Positions 20,390 to 30,726 are shown, counted from the first letter of the stretch. The stretch: DNA of 64,000 bases from Escherichia coli (GCF_001677475.2 NZ_CP015229.1), one strand, 5' to 3'. Program-made: numbers and translations. The notes: a model not told the origin generated them from the letters alone.

Positions 20390-20989
20390 ATGCGTAAACT
20401 TTATGCCGCCATTTTGTCCGCAGCCATTTGTCTGGCCGTATCCGGTGCGCTTGCATGGGCATCTGAACATCAGTCCACGCTGAGCGCGGGGTATCTTCAT
20501 GCCCGGACCAACGTTCCCGGCAGTGATGATCTGAACGGGATTAACGTGAAATACCGTTATGAGTTTACGGATACGCTGGGGCTGGTGACGTCATTCAGCT
20601 ATGCAGGAGACAAGAATCGCCAGCTGACCCGTTACAGCGATACCCGCTGGCATGAAGATTCCGTGCGTAACCGCTGGTTCAGCGTGATGGCGGGGCCGTC
20701 TGTGCGCGTGAATGAATGGTTCAGCGCGTATGCGATGGCGGGTATGGCTTACAGCCGTGTTTCGACTTTTTCCGGGGATTACCTTCGCGTAACTGACAAC
20801 AAGGGGAAAACGCACGATGTGCTGACCGGAAGTGATGACGGTCGCCACAGCAACACGTCTCTGGCGTGGGGGGCTGGCGTGCAGTTTAACCCGACCGAAT
20901 CCGTGGCCATTGATATTGCTTATGAAGGTTCTGGCAGTGGTGACTGGCGCACTGACGGTTTCATCGTGGGTGTCGGTTATAAATTCTGA
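20390..20989 (+). CDS. lom: Lom-like outer membrane protein (Ail/Lom family)
   Basis: 199 aa, signal peptide, beta-barrel pattern ending in a C-terminal aromatic residue; lambda position right after J. Confidence 0.9.
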   Translation: MRKLYAAILSAAICLAVSGALAWASEHQSTLSAGYLHARTNVPGSDDLNGINVKYRYEFTDTLGLVTSFSYAGDKNRQLTRYSDTRWHEDSVRNRWFSVMAGPSVRVNEWFSAYAMAGMAYSRVSTFSGDYLRVTDNKGKTHDVLTGSDDGRHSNTSLAWGAGVQFNPTESVAIDIAYEGSGSGDWRTDGFIVGVGYKF

Positions 20990-21053
20990 TTAGCCAGGTA
21001 ACACAGTGTTATGACAGCCCGCCGGTTCAGGTGGGCTTTTTTGTGGGGGGAAT

Positions 21054-23993
21054 ATGGCAGTAAAGATTTCAGGTGTACTGAAAGACGGCACAGGAAAACC
21101 GGTACAGAACTGCACAATCCAGCTGAAAGCAAAACGTAACAGCACCACGGTGGTGGTGAACACGCTGGCCTCAGAAAATCCGGATGAAGCCGGGCGTTAT
21201 AGCATGGACGTTGAGTACGGTCAGTACAGCGTTATTCTGTTGGTGGAAGGATGCCCGCCGTCACATGCCGGGACCATCACCGTGTATGAAGATTCCCGAC
21301 CCGGTACGCTGAATGATTTTCTCGGTGCCATGACGGAGGATGATGCCCGTCCGGAGGCTCTGCGCCGTTTTGAACTGATGGTGGAAGAGGTGGCGCGTAA
21401 CGCGTCCGCGGTGGCACAGAACACGGCAGCCGCGAAGAAGTCAGCCGGCGATGCCGGCACATCTGCCCGTGAGGCGGCAACCCATGCGACTGATGCTGCA
21501 GATTCAGCACGTGCAGCCAGCACGTCAGCCGGACAGGCCGCGACGTCAGCTCAGGAGGCTTTTTCCTGCGCAGGAACGGCATCAGCAAAAGCCTCTGAGG
21601 CATCAAAAAGTGCTGCCGCTGCAGAGTCCTCAAAAAGCGCGGCGGCCACCAGTGCCGGTGCCGCGAAAACGTCTGAAACGAATGCTGCAGCGTCACAACA
21701 ATCAGCAGCCACTTCTGCATCCACCGCGACCACGAAAGCGTCAGAAGCTGCCACCTCAGCCCGGGATGCGTCGGCTTCAAAAGAGGCGGCAAAATCATCA
21801 GAAACGAGCGCAGCCTCGAGCGCAAGTAGTTCCGCTTCCTCGGCAACAGCGGCAGCAAATTCTGCGAAGGCGGCAAAAACGTCCGAGACGAACGCCAGGT
21901 CTTCTGAAACGGCAGCGGAACAGAGCGCCTCAGCTGCGGCAGGTTCAGAAACTACCGCTGCATCATCAGCCCGTGAGGCGTCAGTCAAAGCGGAGGAGGC
22001 TGCAGCCAGTGCCACTGCCGCCGGAAAATCGGCAGAAAGCGCCGCATCATCCGCTTCAACAGCCACAACGAAGGCTGGCGAAGCCACTGAACAGGCCAGC
22101 GCAGCAGCGAGGTCAGCTTCCGCAGCGAAGACATCCGAAACGAACGCGAAAGCGTCGGAAACCAGCGCAGAATCCTCAAAAACGGCTGCCGCATCGTCCG
22201 CCAGTTCGGCGGCGTCATCGGCCTCATCGGCGTCTGCTTCAAAAGATGAGGCGACCAGACAAGCGTCAGCAGCGAAGGGCAGCGCCACGACGGCATCCAC
22301 GAAGGCAACAGAGGCTGCTGGCAGTGCGACGGCGGCAGCACAGAGCAAAAGTACGGCGGAATCCGCGGCAACGCGCGCCGAGACAGCGGCAAAACGGGCA
22401 GAGGATATTGCATCCGCCGTGGCGCTTGAGGATGCGAGCACGACGAAAAAGGGGATAGTACAGCTCAGCAGTGCGACCAACAGCACTTCCGAGTCACAGG
22501 CGGCAACGCCAAAGGCAGTAAAAGCAGCCAATGACAATGCTGAGAAACGTCTGCAGAAAGATCAGAACGGTGCGGATATCCCTGGCAAAGACACCTTTAC
22601 GAAAAATATTGGTGCCTGCCGTGCCTTCGGTGGGTCAGTAAGCACAACAACAGGAAACTGGACGACTGCACAGTTTATCGAGTGGCTGGATTCTCAGGGA
22701 GCATTTAACCATCCATACTGGATGTGCAAGGGTTCCTGGTCTTATGGCAATAATAAAATCATTACTGATACTGGCTGCGGTAATATTCATCTCGCCGGAG
22801 CTGTCATTGAAGTAATGGGGATAAAGTCAGCGATGACGATCCGCATTACCACTCCGACTACATCCAGCGGTGGCGGAACAACCAACGCCCAGTTTACCTA
22901 TATTAATCACGGAACAGATTATTCACCTGGCTGGCGAAGGGACTATAACTCCAGAAATAAGCCAACGGCATCAGAGATCGGGGCGCTACCGTCAGGTGGA
23001 ACAGCAGTATCATCAGTTAATCTGGCTTCAAAAGGTCGGGTAGCCGCGCTGACAGACAATACGCAGGGGGCAGCAGGTCTTGAGTTATACGAGGTGTATA
23101 ACAACGGATATCCAACAGCGTATGGAAATATCATTCACCTGAAAGGGATGACAGCCGTTGGCGAAGGTGAGTTACTCATCGGCTGGAGTGGTACAAGCGG
23201 TGCTCATGCTCCGGCATTTATTCGTTCACGACGGGATACGACCGACGCAAACTGGTCGCCGTGGGCGCAGCTTTACACCTCGGCTCATCCTCCTGCAGAG
23301 TTTTATCCAGTCGGTGCACCAATCCCGTGGCCATCAGATACCGTTCCGTCTGGCTATGCCCTGATGCAGGGGCAGACTTTTGACAAATCTGCATACCCGA
23401 AACTTGCAGCGGCTTATCCGTCAGGCGTTATTCCTGATATGCGTGGCTGGACGATTAAGGGCAAGCCCGCCAGTGGTCGTGCCGTATTGTCTCAGGAACA
23501 GGACGGCATTAAATCGCACACCCACAGCGCCAGCGCATCCAGTACGGATTTGGGGACGAAAACCACATCGTCGTTTGATTACGGCACTAAATCCACGAAT
23601 AACACCGGTGCGCATACCCATAGTTTAAGTGGCAGCACGAATGCGGCTGGTAATCACAGCCATAGAGATGGCCGTCGATTTAACCCCAGTGTTTTTAAAG
23701 ATACTTATCAATATGGTTATACAAGCTCAGGTCAAAATACCTGGGGGGTACAAGGCTCAGTAGGTATGTCTACGGGGTGGTTAGCTAATACCAGTACAGA
23801 TGGTAATCATAGCCACTCACTGTCCGGTACAGCAGTATCTGCAGGTGCACACGCGCATACTGTCGGTATTGGTGCTCATACGCACTCCGTTGCGATAGGG
23901 TCACATGGACACACCATCACCGTTAACGCTGCTGGTAACGCGGAAAACACCGTCAAAAACATCGCATTTAACTATATTGTGAGGCTTGCATGA
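21054..23993 (+). CDS. stf: Side tail fibre protein Stf-like
   Basis: 979 aa; N-terminus matches the lambda Stf N-terminal domain; long Ala/Ser/Thr-rich repeat shaft; C-terminal His-x-His repeats. Confidence 0.9.
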   Translation: MAVKISGVLKDGTGKPVQNCTIQLKAKRNSTTVVVNTLASENPDEAGRYSMDVEYGQYSVILLVEGCPPSHAGTITVYEDSRPGTLNDFLGAMTEDDARPEALRRFELMVEEVARNASAVAQNTAAAKKSAGDAGTSAREAATHATDAADSARAASTSAGQAATSAQEAFSCAGTASAKASEASKSAAAAESSKSAAATSAGAAKTSETNAAASQQSAATSASTATTKASEAATSARDASASKEAAKSSETSAASSASSSASSATAAANSAKAAKTSETNARSSETAAEQSASAAAGSETTAASSAREASVKAEEAAASATAAGKSAESAASSASTATTKAGEATEQASAAARSASAAKTSETNAKASETSAESSKTAAASSASSAASSASSASASKDEATRQASAAKGSATTASTKATEAAGSATAAAQSKSTAESAATRAETAAKRAEDIASAVALEDASTTKKGIVQLSSATNSTSESQAATPKAVKAANDNAEKRLQKDQNGADIPGKDTFTKNIGACRAFGGSVSTTTGNWTTAQFIEWLDSQGAFNHPYWMCKGSWSYGNNKIITDTGCGNIHLAGAVIEVMGIKSAMTIRITTPTTSSGGGTTNAQFTYINHGTDYSPGWRRDYNSRNKPTASEIGALPSGGTAVSSVNLASKGRVAALTDNTQGAAGLELYEVYNNGYPTAYGNIIHLKGMTAVGEGELLIGWSGTSGAHAPAFIRSRRDTTDANWSPWAQLYTSAHPPAEFYPVGAPIPWPSDTVPSGYALMQGQTFDKSAYPKLAAAYPSGVIPDMRGWTIKGKPASGRAVLSQEQDGIKSHTHSASASSTDLGTKTTSSFDYGTKSTNNTGAHTHSLSGSTNAAGNHSHRDGRRFNPSVFKDTYQYGYTSSGQNTWGVQGSVGMSTGWLANTSTDGNHSHSLSGTAVSAGAHAHTVGIGAHTHSVAIGSHGHTITVNAAGNAENTVKNIAFNYIVRLA
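21380..22450. repeat. Low-complexity Ala/Ser/Thr/Glu-rich repeat region inside stf
   Basis: Roughly 350 codons of degenerate SAA/TSE/AAK repeats; GC-rich and free of stops in several frames. Confidence 0.6.
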
Positions 23994-24892
23994 TTACGCT
24001 CATTCTTTCTGCACCAGTAACAGAAATGGCTGAAGCATTTAAGCGGGTATTCGCAAATGCAGATAATGTGAATATTGTCGGAAAGCCATTTGAAACAATC
24101 AGGGAATTTGACTGCATGGTAAGTGCGGCAAACAGTTTCGGCCTGATGGATGGCGGTGTTGATGCCGCCATTACCGCATTCTTCGGTACTCAGTTACAGT
24201 CCCGCGTTCAGAATCATATTCTTCGTGAATATCTCGGCGAGCAGCCTGTAGGTTCTGCATTTGTTATTGAAACGGGGCATAATCATCATCCCTGGCTGGT
24301 ACATGCGCCAACAATGCGTGTTCCGCTGACAATTGACGGAACAGACGCTGTATATAACGCAACCTGGGCCGCTCTGCTTGCCATCTTTCAGCACAATAAA
24401 CACGCAACGACAGACAGGAAAATAAAAACGGTGGTATTCCCTGCAATGGGAGCCGGATGTGGTCAGGTGCCGTTTGAAAGTGTTGCCCGGCAGATGAAGC
24501 AGGCATGGGATAACTTTAATAAAAAAACAGAATCAATTAACTGGGAATACGCACAATCCCGCCAGTCGGCAGTATTTGGCACATATGCATACTGTCCGGG
24601 TAATTCTGTTTGCCGTTATGCGGATACTAAATATATTGGATGCGGCGATTATCGGACGTATTGCTCACGTTCCGGGCAGGTCTGTATTAACCCTGAACAT
24701 CAGGCTGATGATGTACTGATACAACATCAGGCTAATAACCGGTTTCGCCCTGGTTCGCATATACACCGGATTAATCCAGAAAATCCCGTAGGTAATGTCA
24801 TCTCTGGCGCACATAGCCACGGAAGTAGCATCGTTATTGGTGCTCACACCCATACGCTCAATAAACAATATTCTGTCTCTGATATTAAGTAG
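23990..24892 (+). CDS. Protein with macrodomain-like N-terminus (putative ADP-ribose binding/hydrolase) and Cys/His-rich fibre-tip-like C-terminus
   Basis: 300 aa; start overlaps the stf stop (ATGA); motifs [18 protein letters not shown] and [12 protein letters not shown] resemble the two macrodomain signature blocks; C-terminal GSHIH, GAHSHG, GAHTHT repeats. Confidence 0.6.
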   Translation: MITLILSAPVTEMAEAFKRVFANADNVNIVGKPFETIREFDCMVSAANSFGLMDGGVDAAITAFFGTQLQSRVQNHILREYLGEQPVGSAFVIETGHNHHPWLVHAPTMRVPLTIDGTDAVYNATWAALLAIFQHNKHATTDRKIKTVVFPAMGAGCGQVPFESVARQMKQAWDNFNKKTESINWEYAQSRQSAVFGTYAYCPGNSVCRYADTKYIGCGDYRTYCSRSGQVCINPEHQADDVLIQHQANNRFRPGSHIHRINPENPVGNVISGAHSHGSSIVIGAHTHTLNKQYSVSDIK

Positions 24893-24900
24893 AGGTGAAC

Positions 24901-25476
24901 ATGGATTTCAGAATGAGTGAACAACCACGGACCATAACAATTTATAATCTGCTGGCCGGAACTAATGAATTTATTGGTGAAGGTGATGCATATATTCCGC
25001 CTCATACAGGTCTGCCAGCAAACAGTACCGATATTGCACCGCCAGATATTCCGGCTGGCTTTGTGGCTGTTTTCAACAGTGATGAGGCATCGTGGCATCT
25101 CGTTGAAGACCATCGGGGTAAAACCGTCTATGACGTGGCTTCCGGCGACGCGTTATTTATTTCTGAACTTGGCCCATTACCGGAAAATGTCACTTGGTTA
25201 TCCCCGGAAGGGGAGTTTCAGAAGTGGAACGGCACAGCCTGGGTGAAGGATACGGAAGCAGAAAAACTGTTCCGGATCCGGGAGGCGGAAGAAACAAAAA
25301 ACAACCTGATGCAGGTAGCCAGTGAGCATATTGCGCCGCTTCAGGATGCTGCAGATCTGGAAATTGCAACGGAGGAAGAAATCTCGTTGCTGGAAGCATG
25401 GAAAAAGTATCGGGTATTGCTGAACCGTGTTGATACGTCAACTGCACAGGATATTGAATGGCCAGCACTGCCGTAG
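24901..25476 (+). CDS. tfa: Tail fibre assembly protein Tfa-like
   Basis: Collinear with lambda Tfa ([75 protein letters not shown]...). Confidence 0.9.
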   Translation: MDFRMSEQPRTITIYNLLAGTNEFIGEGDAYIPPHTGLPANSTDIAPPDIPAGFVAVFNSDEASWHLVEDHRGKTVYDVASGDALFISELGPLPENVTWLSPEGEFQKWNGTAWVKDTEAEKLFRIREAEETKNNLMQVASEHIAPLQDAADLEIATEEEISLLEAWKKYRVLLNRVDTSTAQDIEWPALP

Positions 25477-25573
25477 GGTAAAACATATAAATTCTATAAT
25501 TAGATGTATCTTTCCATTTACGGCAAGGAAGGGGGCTTGGAAGACGTAAAGCATCTCACACCGAGATTATTTT

Positions 25574-26164
25574 TTATATGTCAGGTGTCTGAAGTTTTGC
25601 TTTGGCTCTTAAAATGGTTTGCCGCGAGGTTTTGAATTCCCGGGCAATGGCACTTATACTTACACCTGACTTAATTCGTTCGAATACCACCTGTTTCTGT
25701 TCTTCATTTAACACAGGTGGTCGACCAAAACGTTTCCCTGCGCCCCGGGCTCTTACTATCCCGGAATGAGTGCGTTCAAGTAAAAGGTCTCGTTCAAATT
25801 CAGCGACTGCTGAAATTACTTGCATCATCATTTTTCCTGTTGGACTGGTCAGGTCAATGCCCCCCAATGCTAAGCAATGCACTCTGATACCTGTTTCGGT
25901 CAGTTGTTCCACTGTTTTCCTGATATCCATTGCATTACAACCAAGGCGATCCAGTTTTGTCACAATCAATTGATCACCACATTTCAGGCGAGCAAGCAAC
26001 CGGTTAAAACCAGGACGCTCACTGGTTGCTGCTGAGCCGCTAATGTGTTCTTCGATTATTTGCTGAGGTTTGATTTTAAAACCTGCACTTTCGATTTCCC
26101 GGCGTTGATTTTCGGGGGTCTGATCCAGCGTTGATATCCGACAGTAAGCAAAAATTCGAGACAT
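25574..26164 (-). CDS. Small serine recombinase (resolvase/invertase family)
   Basis: 196 aa; N-terminal catalytic block YCRISTLDQ (Ser nucleophile), [11 protein letters not shown]-terminal HTH. Confidence 0.85.
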   Translation of the reverse strand: MSRIFAYCRISTLDQTPENQRREIESAGFKIKPQQIIEEHISGSAATSERPGFNRLLARLKCGDQLIVTKLDRLGCNAMDIRKTVEQLTETGIRVHCLALGGIDLTSPTGKMMMQVISAVAEFERDLLLERTHSGIVRARGAGKRFGRPPVLNEEQKQVVFERIKSGVSISAIAREFKTSRQTILRAKAKLQTPDI

Positions 26165-26543
26165 AGTGAGACTCTATACGAAATTGGTGTACATATCATA
26201 ATGCATATCCAAAAATTATTTCGCTTATTATTGTACATATTTGTATGTATACGTTCGAAAATAAACGAATTCGGATGCAGTCCCGTAATTTTGGTGTAAC
26301 CAAAAATCGATTTTTTGAAAAATGGCTTTAACTCGGTTTGTTTTTCGAACTCCGGGCGGACTCGAGGAAGACGAATAATAGTGTTGTATGTTATTTTAAC
26401 CAGATTTTAAGTTGTTTGGTCGTGGAAAAGTGGAGCAAAATGTTGTTAAAGTGGAAAAATGGTAAAAAAAGTAGGTTGTTGCGGAATAACGTAGTTGTTG
26501 ATATTTTTTTAATGCATTGAAAAATTATTTTTCAGGGGGGGTA

Positions 26544-26810
26544 TTACACTTTACCATTTAAATTTTGGTTGTCTTTAAGAACTGATATCGCTGTTTGTAA
26601 TAATTCTTTGTTATCCAGCCATGACTTTTTCTTTATGTTTCCTTCAATGTAATCAAGCAATGTTCTGGTATTGATAGGTCTTCCCTGTTTTGCTACTTCC
26701 ACGACAGCATCTCCCAGGATAATTCTGACTTCAGGAAGCTGCGCAGGGAACCACTTTAGGGTGTCTTTTGATTTCATGAAGATATTCCTTAAAATATTAT
26801 TGGTTTTCAT
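26544..26810 (-). CDS. Hypothetical protein in AT-rich prophage accessory region
   Basis: 88 aa ORF, the only ORF of 60 aa or more in a ~1.2 kb AT-rich stretch; no family recognised. Confidence 0.4.
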   Translation of the reverse strand: MKTNNILRNIFMKSKDTLKWFPAQLPEVRIILGDAVVEVAKQGRPINTRTLLDYIEGNIKKKSWLDNKELLQTAISVLKDNQNLNGKV

Positions 26811-27385
26811 TGCAATATTGTATGTCTGATTCAGGATATGTTGACTTATACATCGGTTTTGTCCGGGTTATTGGATATGCCAATCCCTAATTTTATTAGA
26901 GCATGACCAAAAATGCTGAATATGATAAGTAGTGAAGTGATTATCAGTATGCTGTTCATATAGCCTCGAATTAGTATGGTGTTATATATAATATAGTTGA
27001 CAATTTTTATCCTGGGTGTTCTTAAAGTTCGTAGATGAACCCTGTAGTTTCAGGTATACAGGAATGCTTACAGATAGCGGCAAAAGTCAGGAGGTTAATG
27101 GCGCAAACTGAAGGGGTAGCTGCGAACTAACTTAGGTAGAGACTCTACACGGATTCGGTTTAAAAGTATACATAGATAACAATTTTTATCTGAAGAAGAA
27201 AAATATTAAGGTGATATGGTCATATATACTTTAATGCGGAAGAATGAATGTGATGAGAGTGCTGTATCTGAATGGTTGAAAAACCGCAGACACGTCGTAT
27301 GCAAGAACGTGCTGCGGTTGGCTGGTGAACTTCCGATAGTGCGAGTATTGAATGATTTCCAGCCGTTACCGATTTTACGTGTTAA

Positions 27386-27634
27386 TTAGTGAACAAACCA
27401 CTCGTCAGCAGACTCCCAGGTATCTTTCAGAGTTTCCTGAACAAAAGTTTTAGCTGAATCTTTATCGGCGGTGCGCGTAACAGAAAGGCCATCGTTGCTG
27501 GTGGCTTTTACGATCACCTCTACATCGTCATAACGCTTACTGATGCGTCGAGTTAATTCTTCCTTTAACGCATCCACAGCACCGTTTGGCATTTTAGTCA
27601 TTTTCTCTTTGGCTATGCAGATCTCAATACGCAT
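27386..27634 (-). CDS. DinI-family protein (prophage-encoded DinI-like)
   Basis: 82 aa; MRIE..IAK...GA.DAL..EL.RRI and C-terminal [10 protein letters not shown] match the DinI family. Confidence 0.85.
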   Translation of the reverse strand: MRIEICIAKEKMTKMPNGAVDALKEELTRRISKRYDDVEVIVKATSNDGLSVTRTADKDSAKTFVQETLKDTWESADEWFVH

Positions 27635-27647
27635 AAAAATCCCTCTA

Positions 27648-27695
27648 CACTGTGTTTGTATACAGTGTTATTTTTAACTGTATGAATAAACAGTG
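27648..27695 (-). promoter_or_regulatory. Two tandem LexA (SOS) boxes upstream of the dinI-like gene
   Basis: cACTGTgtttgtatACAGTg (27648-27667) and aaCTGTatgaataaACAGtg (27676-27695); both fit CTGT-N8-ACAG. Confidence 0.6.
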
Positions 27696-27853
27696 TCAAT
27701 AGAACAAAGATTGCTGCATGTACAAATGTTCTTTGGCTACAAATACACCTACTGATCATGTTCTGCTATGCTCTGATACCTCCAAAATGTACAATCAGCG
27801 GCATGAATTTTTCTTTGTACATATGATTGTACATAATCAAAGAGACAACAATT

Positions 27854-29440
27854 ATGACAAGCCTTTTGGCCGCAGAGGTAGCGAAAAGAAGAACCTTTGC
27901 AATTATTTCTCACCCGGACGCCGGTAAAACAACCATCACCGAGAAGGTGCTGCTGTTCGGACAGGCCATTCAGACCGCCGGTACAGTAAAAGGCCGTGGC
28001 TCTAACCAGCACGCTAAGTCGGACTGGATGGAGATGGAAAAGCAGCGTGGGATCTCCATTACCACGTCTGTGATGCAGTTTCCGTATCACGACTGCCTGG
28101 TTAACCTGCTCGACACCCCGGGGCACGAAGACTTCTCGGAAGATACCTATCGTACTCTGACGGCGGTGGACTGCTGCCTGATGGTTATCGACGCTGCAAA
28201 AGGTGTTGAAGATCGTACCCGCAAGCTGATGGAAGTTACCCGTCTGCGCGACACGCCGATCCTCACCTTTATGAACAAACTTGACCGTGATATCCGCGAC
28301 CCGATGGAGCTGCTCGATGAAGTTGAGAACGAGCTGAAAATCGGCTGTGCACCGATCACCTGGCCGATTGGCTGCGGCAAGCTGTTTAAAGGCGTTTACC
28401 ACCTTTATAAAGATGAAACCTATCTTTATCAGAGCGGTAAAGGCCACACCATTCAGGAAGTCCGCATTGTTAAAGGGCTGAATAACCCGGATCTCGATGC
28501 TGCGGTTGGTGAAGATCTGGCGCAGCAGCTGCGTGACGAACTGGAACTGGTGAAAGGCGCGTCTAACGAGTTCGACAAAGAGCTGTTCCTTGCGGGCGAA
28601 ATCACTCCGGTATTCTTCGGTACTGCGCTGGGTAACTTCGGCGTTGATCATATGCTGGATGGCCTGGTGGAGTGGGCCCCTGCGCCGATGCCGCGTCAGA
28701 CTGATACCCGTACCGTAGAGGCGAGCGAAGACAAATTTACCGGCTTCGTATTTAAAATTCAGGCCAACATGGACCCGAAACACCGCGACCGCGTGGCGTT
28801 TATGCGTGTGGTGTCCGGTAAATATGAAAAAGGCATGAAGCTGCGCCAGGTGCGTACTGCGAAAGATGTGGTGATCTCCGACGCGCTGACCTTTATGGCG
28901 GGTGACCGTTCGCACGTTGAAGAAGCGTATCCTGGCGATATCCTCGGCCTGCACAACCACGGCACCATTCAGATCGGCGACACCTTTACCCAGGGTGAGA
29001 TGATGAAGTTCACCGGTATTCCGAACTTCGCGCCAGAACTGTTCCGTCGTATCCGCCTGAAAGATCCGCTGAAGCAAAAACAGCTGCTTAAAGGGCTGGT
29101 ACAGCTTTCCGAAGAGGGCGCGGTGCAGGTGTTCCGTCCGATCTCCAACAACGATCTGATCGTTGGTGCGGTTGGTGTGCTGCAGTTTGATGTGGTGGTA
29201 GCGCGTCTGAAGAGCGAATACAACGTTGAAGCAGTGTATGAGTCAGTCAACGTTGCCACTGCCCGCTGGGTAGAATGTGCGGACGCGAAGAAATTCGAAG
29301 AGTTCAAGCGTAAGAACGAAAGCCAACTGGCGCTTGATGGCGGCGATAACCTCGCTTACATCGCTACCAGCATGGTCAATCTGCGCCTGGCGCAGGAACG
29401 TTATCCGGACGTTCAGTTCCACCAGACCCGCGAGCATTAA
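27854..29440 (+). CDS. prfC: Peptide chain release factor 3
   Basis: GTPase motifs [24 protein letters not shown]; full-length collinear RF3; start at the ATG at 27854 inside ORF 27827..29440. Confidence 0.95.
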
Positions 29441-29832
29441 TTCTTGCCTCCAGGGCGCGGTAGCCGCTGCGCCCTGTCAATTTCCCTTCCTTATTAGCCG
29501 CTTACGGAATGTTCTTAAAACATTCACTTTTGCTTATGTTTTCGCTGATATCCCGAGCGGTTTCAAAATTGTGATCTATATTTAACAAAGTAATGACATT
29601 TCTGACGGCGTTAAATACCGTTCAATGCGTAGATATCAGTATCTAAAGCCGTCGATTGTCATTCTACCGATATTAATAACTGATTCAGAGGCTGTAATGG
29701 TCGTTATTCATCACCCATCGCTTTTGTGATGGCGACCATTGACTTCTGTAGAGGGTGAAGTCTCTCCCTATTCAGCAATGCAACCTCGTGTTGCCAGGCT
29801 CAAATTACGAGCAAACATACAGGAATAAATCG

Positions 29833-30438
29833 ATGACTATGACAAGACTGAAGATTTCGAAAACTCTGCTGGCTGTAATGTTGACCTCTGCCGTCGCGAC
29901 CGGCTCTGCCTACGCGGAAAACAACGCACAGACTACCAATGAAAGCGCAGGGCAAAAAGTCGATAGCTCTATGAATAAAGTCGGTAATTTCATGGATGAC
30001 AGCGCCATCACCGCGAAAGTGAAGGCGGCGCTGGTGGATCATGACAACATCAAGAGCACCGATATCTCTGTCAAAACCGATCAAAAAGTCGTGACCCTGA
30101 GCGGTTTCGTTGAAAGCCAGGCTCAGGCCGAAGAGGCAGTGAAAGTGGCGAAAGGCGTTGAAGGGGTGACCTCTGTCAGCGACAAACTGCACGTTCGCGA
30201 CGCTAAAGAAGGCTCTGTGAAGGGCTACGCGGGTGACACCGCCACCACCAGTGAAATCAAAGCCAAACTGCTGGCGGACGATATCGTCCCTTCCCGTCAT
30301 GTGAAAGTTGAAACCACCGACGGCGTGGTTCAGCTCTCCGGTACCGTCGATTCCCAGGCACAGAGCGACCGTGCTGAAAGTATCGCCAAAGCGGTAGATG
30401 GTGTGAAAAGCGTTAAAAATGATCTGAAAACTAAGTAA
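29833..30438 (+). CDS. osmY: Osmotically inducible periplasmic protein OsmY (two BON domains)
   Basis: 201 aa from the internal ATG; signal peptide [28 protein letters not shown]. Confidence 0.95.
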
Positions 30439-30564
30439 TTCGTCGTAATTCGTCCTCCCGAACTTTGTCGGGAGGCGCGATGTGCACCACACTAAAAATA
30501 TCGCATTGAGTGATTTTCACGCTCATATCAAGCGGTGACATTAACTATGGTAAAGGAGACGCTT

Positions 30565-30726
30565 ATGTTTCGTTGGGGCATCATATTTCTGGTTATCGCG
30601 TTAATCGCCGCCGCACTTGGGTTTGGTGGTCTGGCCGGTACCGCTGCAGGCGCAGCTAAAATTGTCTTTGTCGTCGGGATTATTCTGTTCCTGGTGAGTT
30701 TGTTCATGGGCCGAAAACGACCCTAG
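30565..30726 (+). CDS. ytjA: Small membrane protein YtjA (DUF1328)
   Basis: 53 aa hydrophobic product [22 protein letters not shown]...; SD aaggag 7 nt upstream. Confidence 0.8.

Noticed and set aside
21451-22458. 335-aa plus-strand ORF (Arg/Pro/Gln-rich) and the 328-aa minus-strand ORF 21551..22537 inside stf
   Set aside because: Both lie wholly inside the stf Ala/Ser/Thr repeat; their compositions are what alternate frames of GCN-rich repeats produce; no start-site context; stf itself is collinear with lambda Stf.
23000-25600. Invertible tail-fibre segment with Gin/Hin-type crossover sites, expected because of the adjacent serine recombinase
   Set aside because: No opposite-strand alternative stf C-terminus or second tfa is present, and I could not find a convincing pair of 26-bp inverted crossover sites by eye; the GATAT-N16-ATATC element near 23107 and the TATCCAAAAAT element near 26208 are too weak to call.
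26338-26520. 60-aa plus-strand ORF (TTG start) and the 60-aa minus-strand ORF 26056..26238 in the AT-rich region
   Set aside because: No SD, non-ATG start, hydrophobic/basic composition typical of AT-rich noise; 26056..26238 overlaps the recombinase start region.
27749-29077. 442-aa minus-strand ORF antisense to prfC
   Set aside because: prfC on the plus strand is full-length and carries all GTPase motifs; the antisense frame is a shadow ORF.
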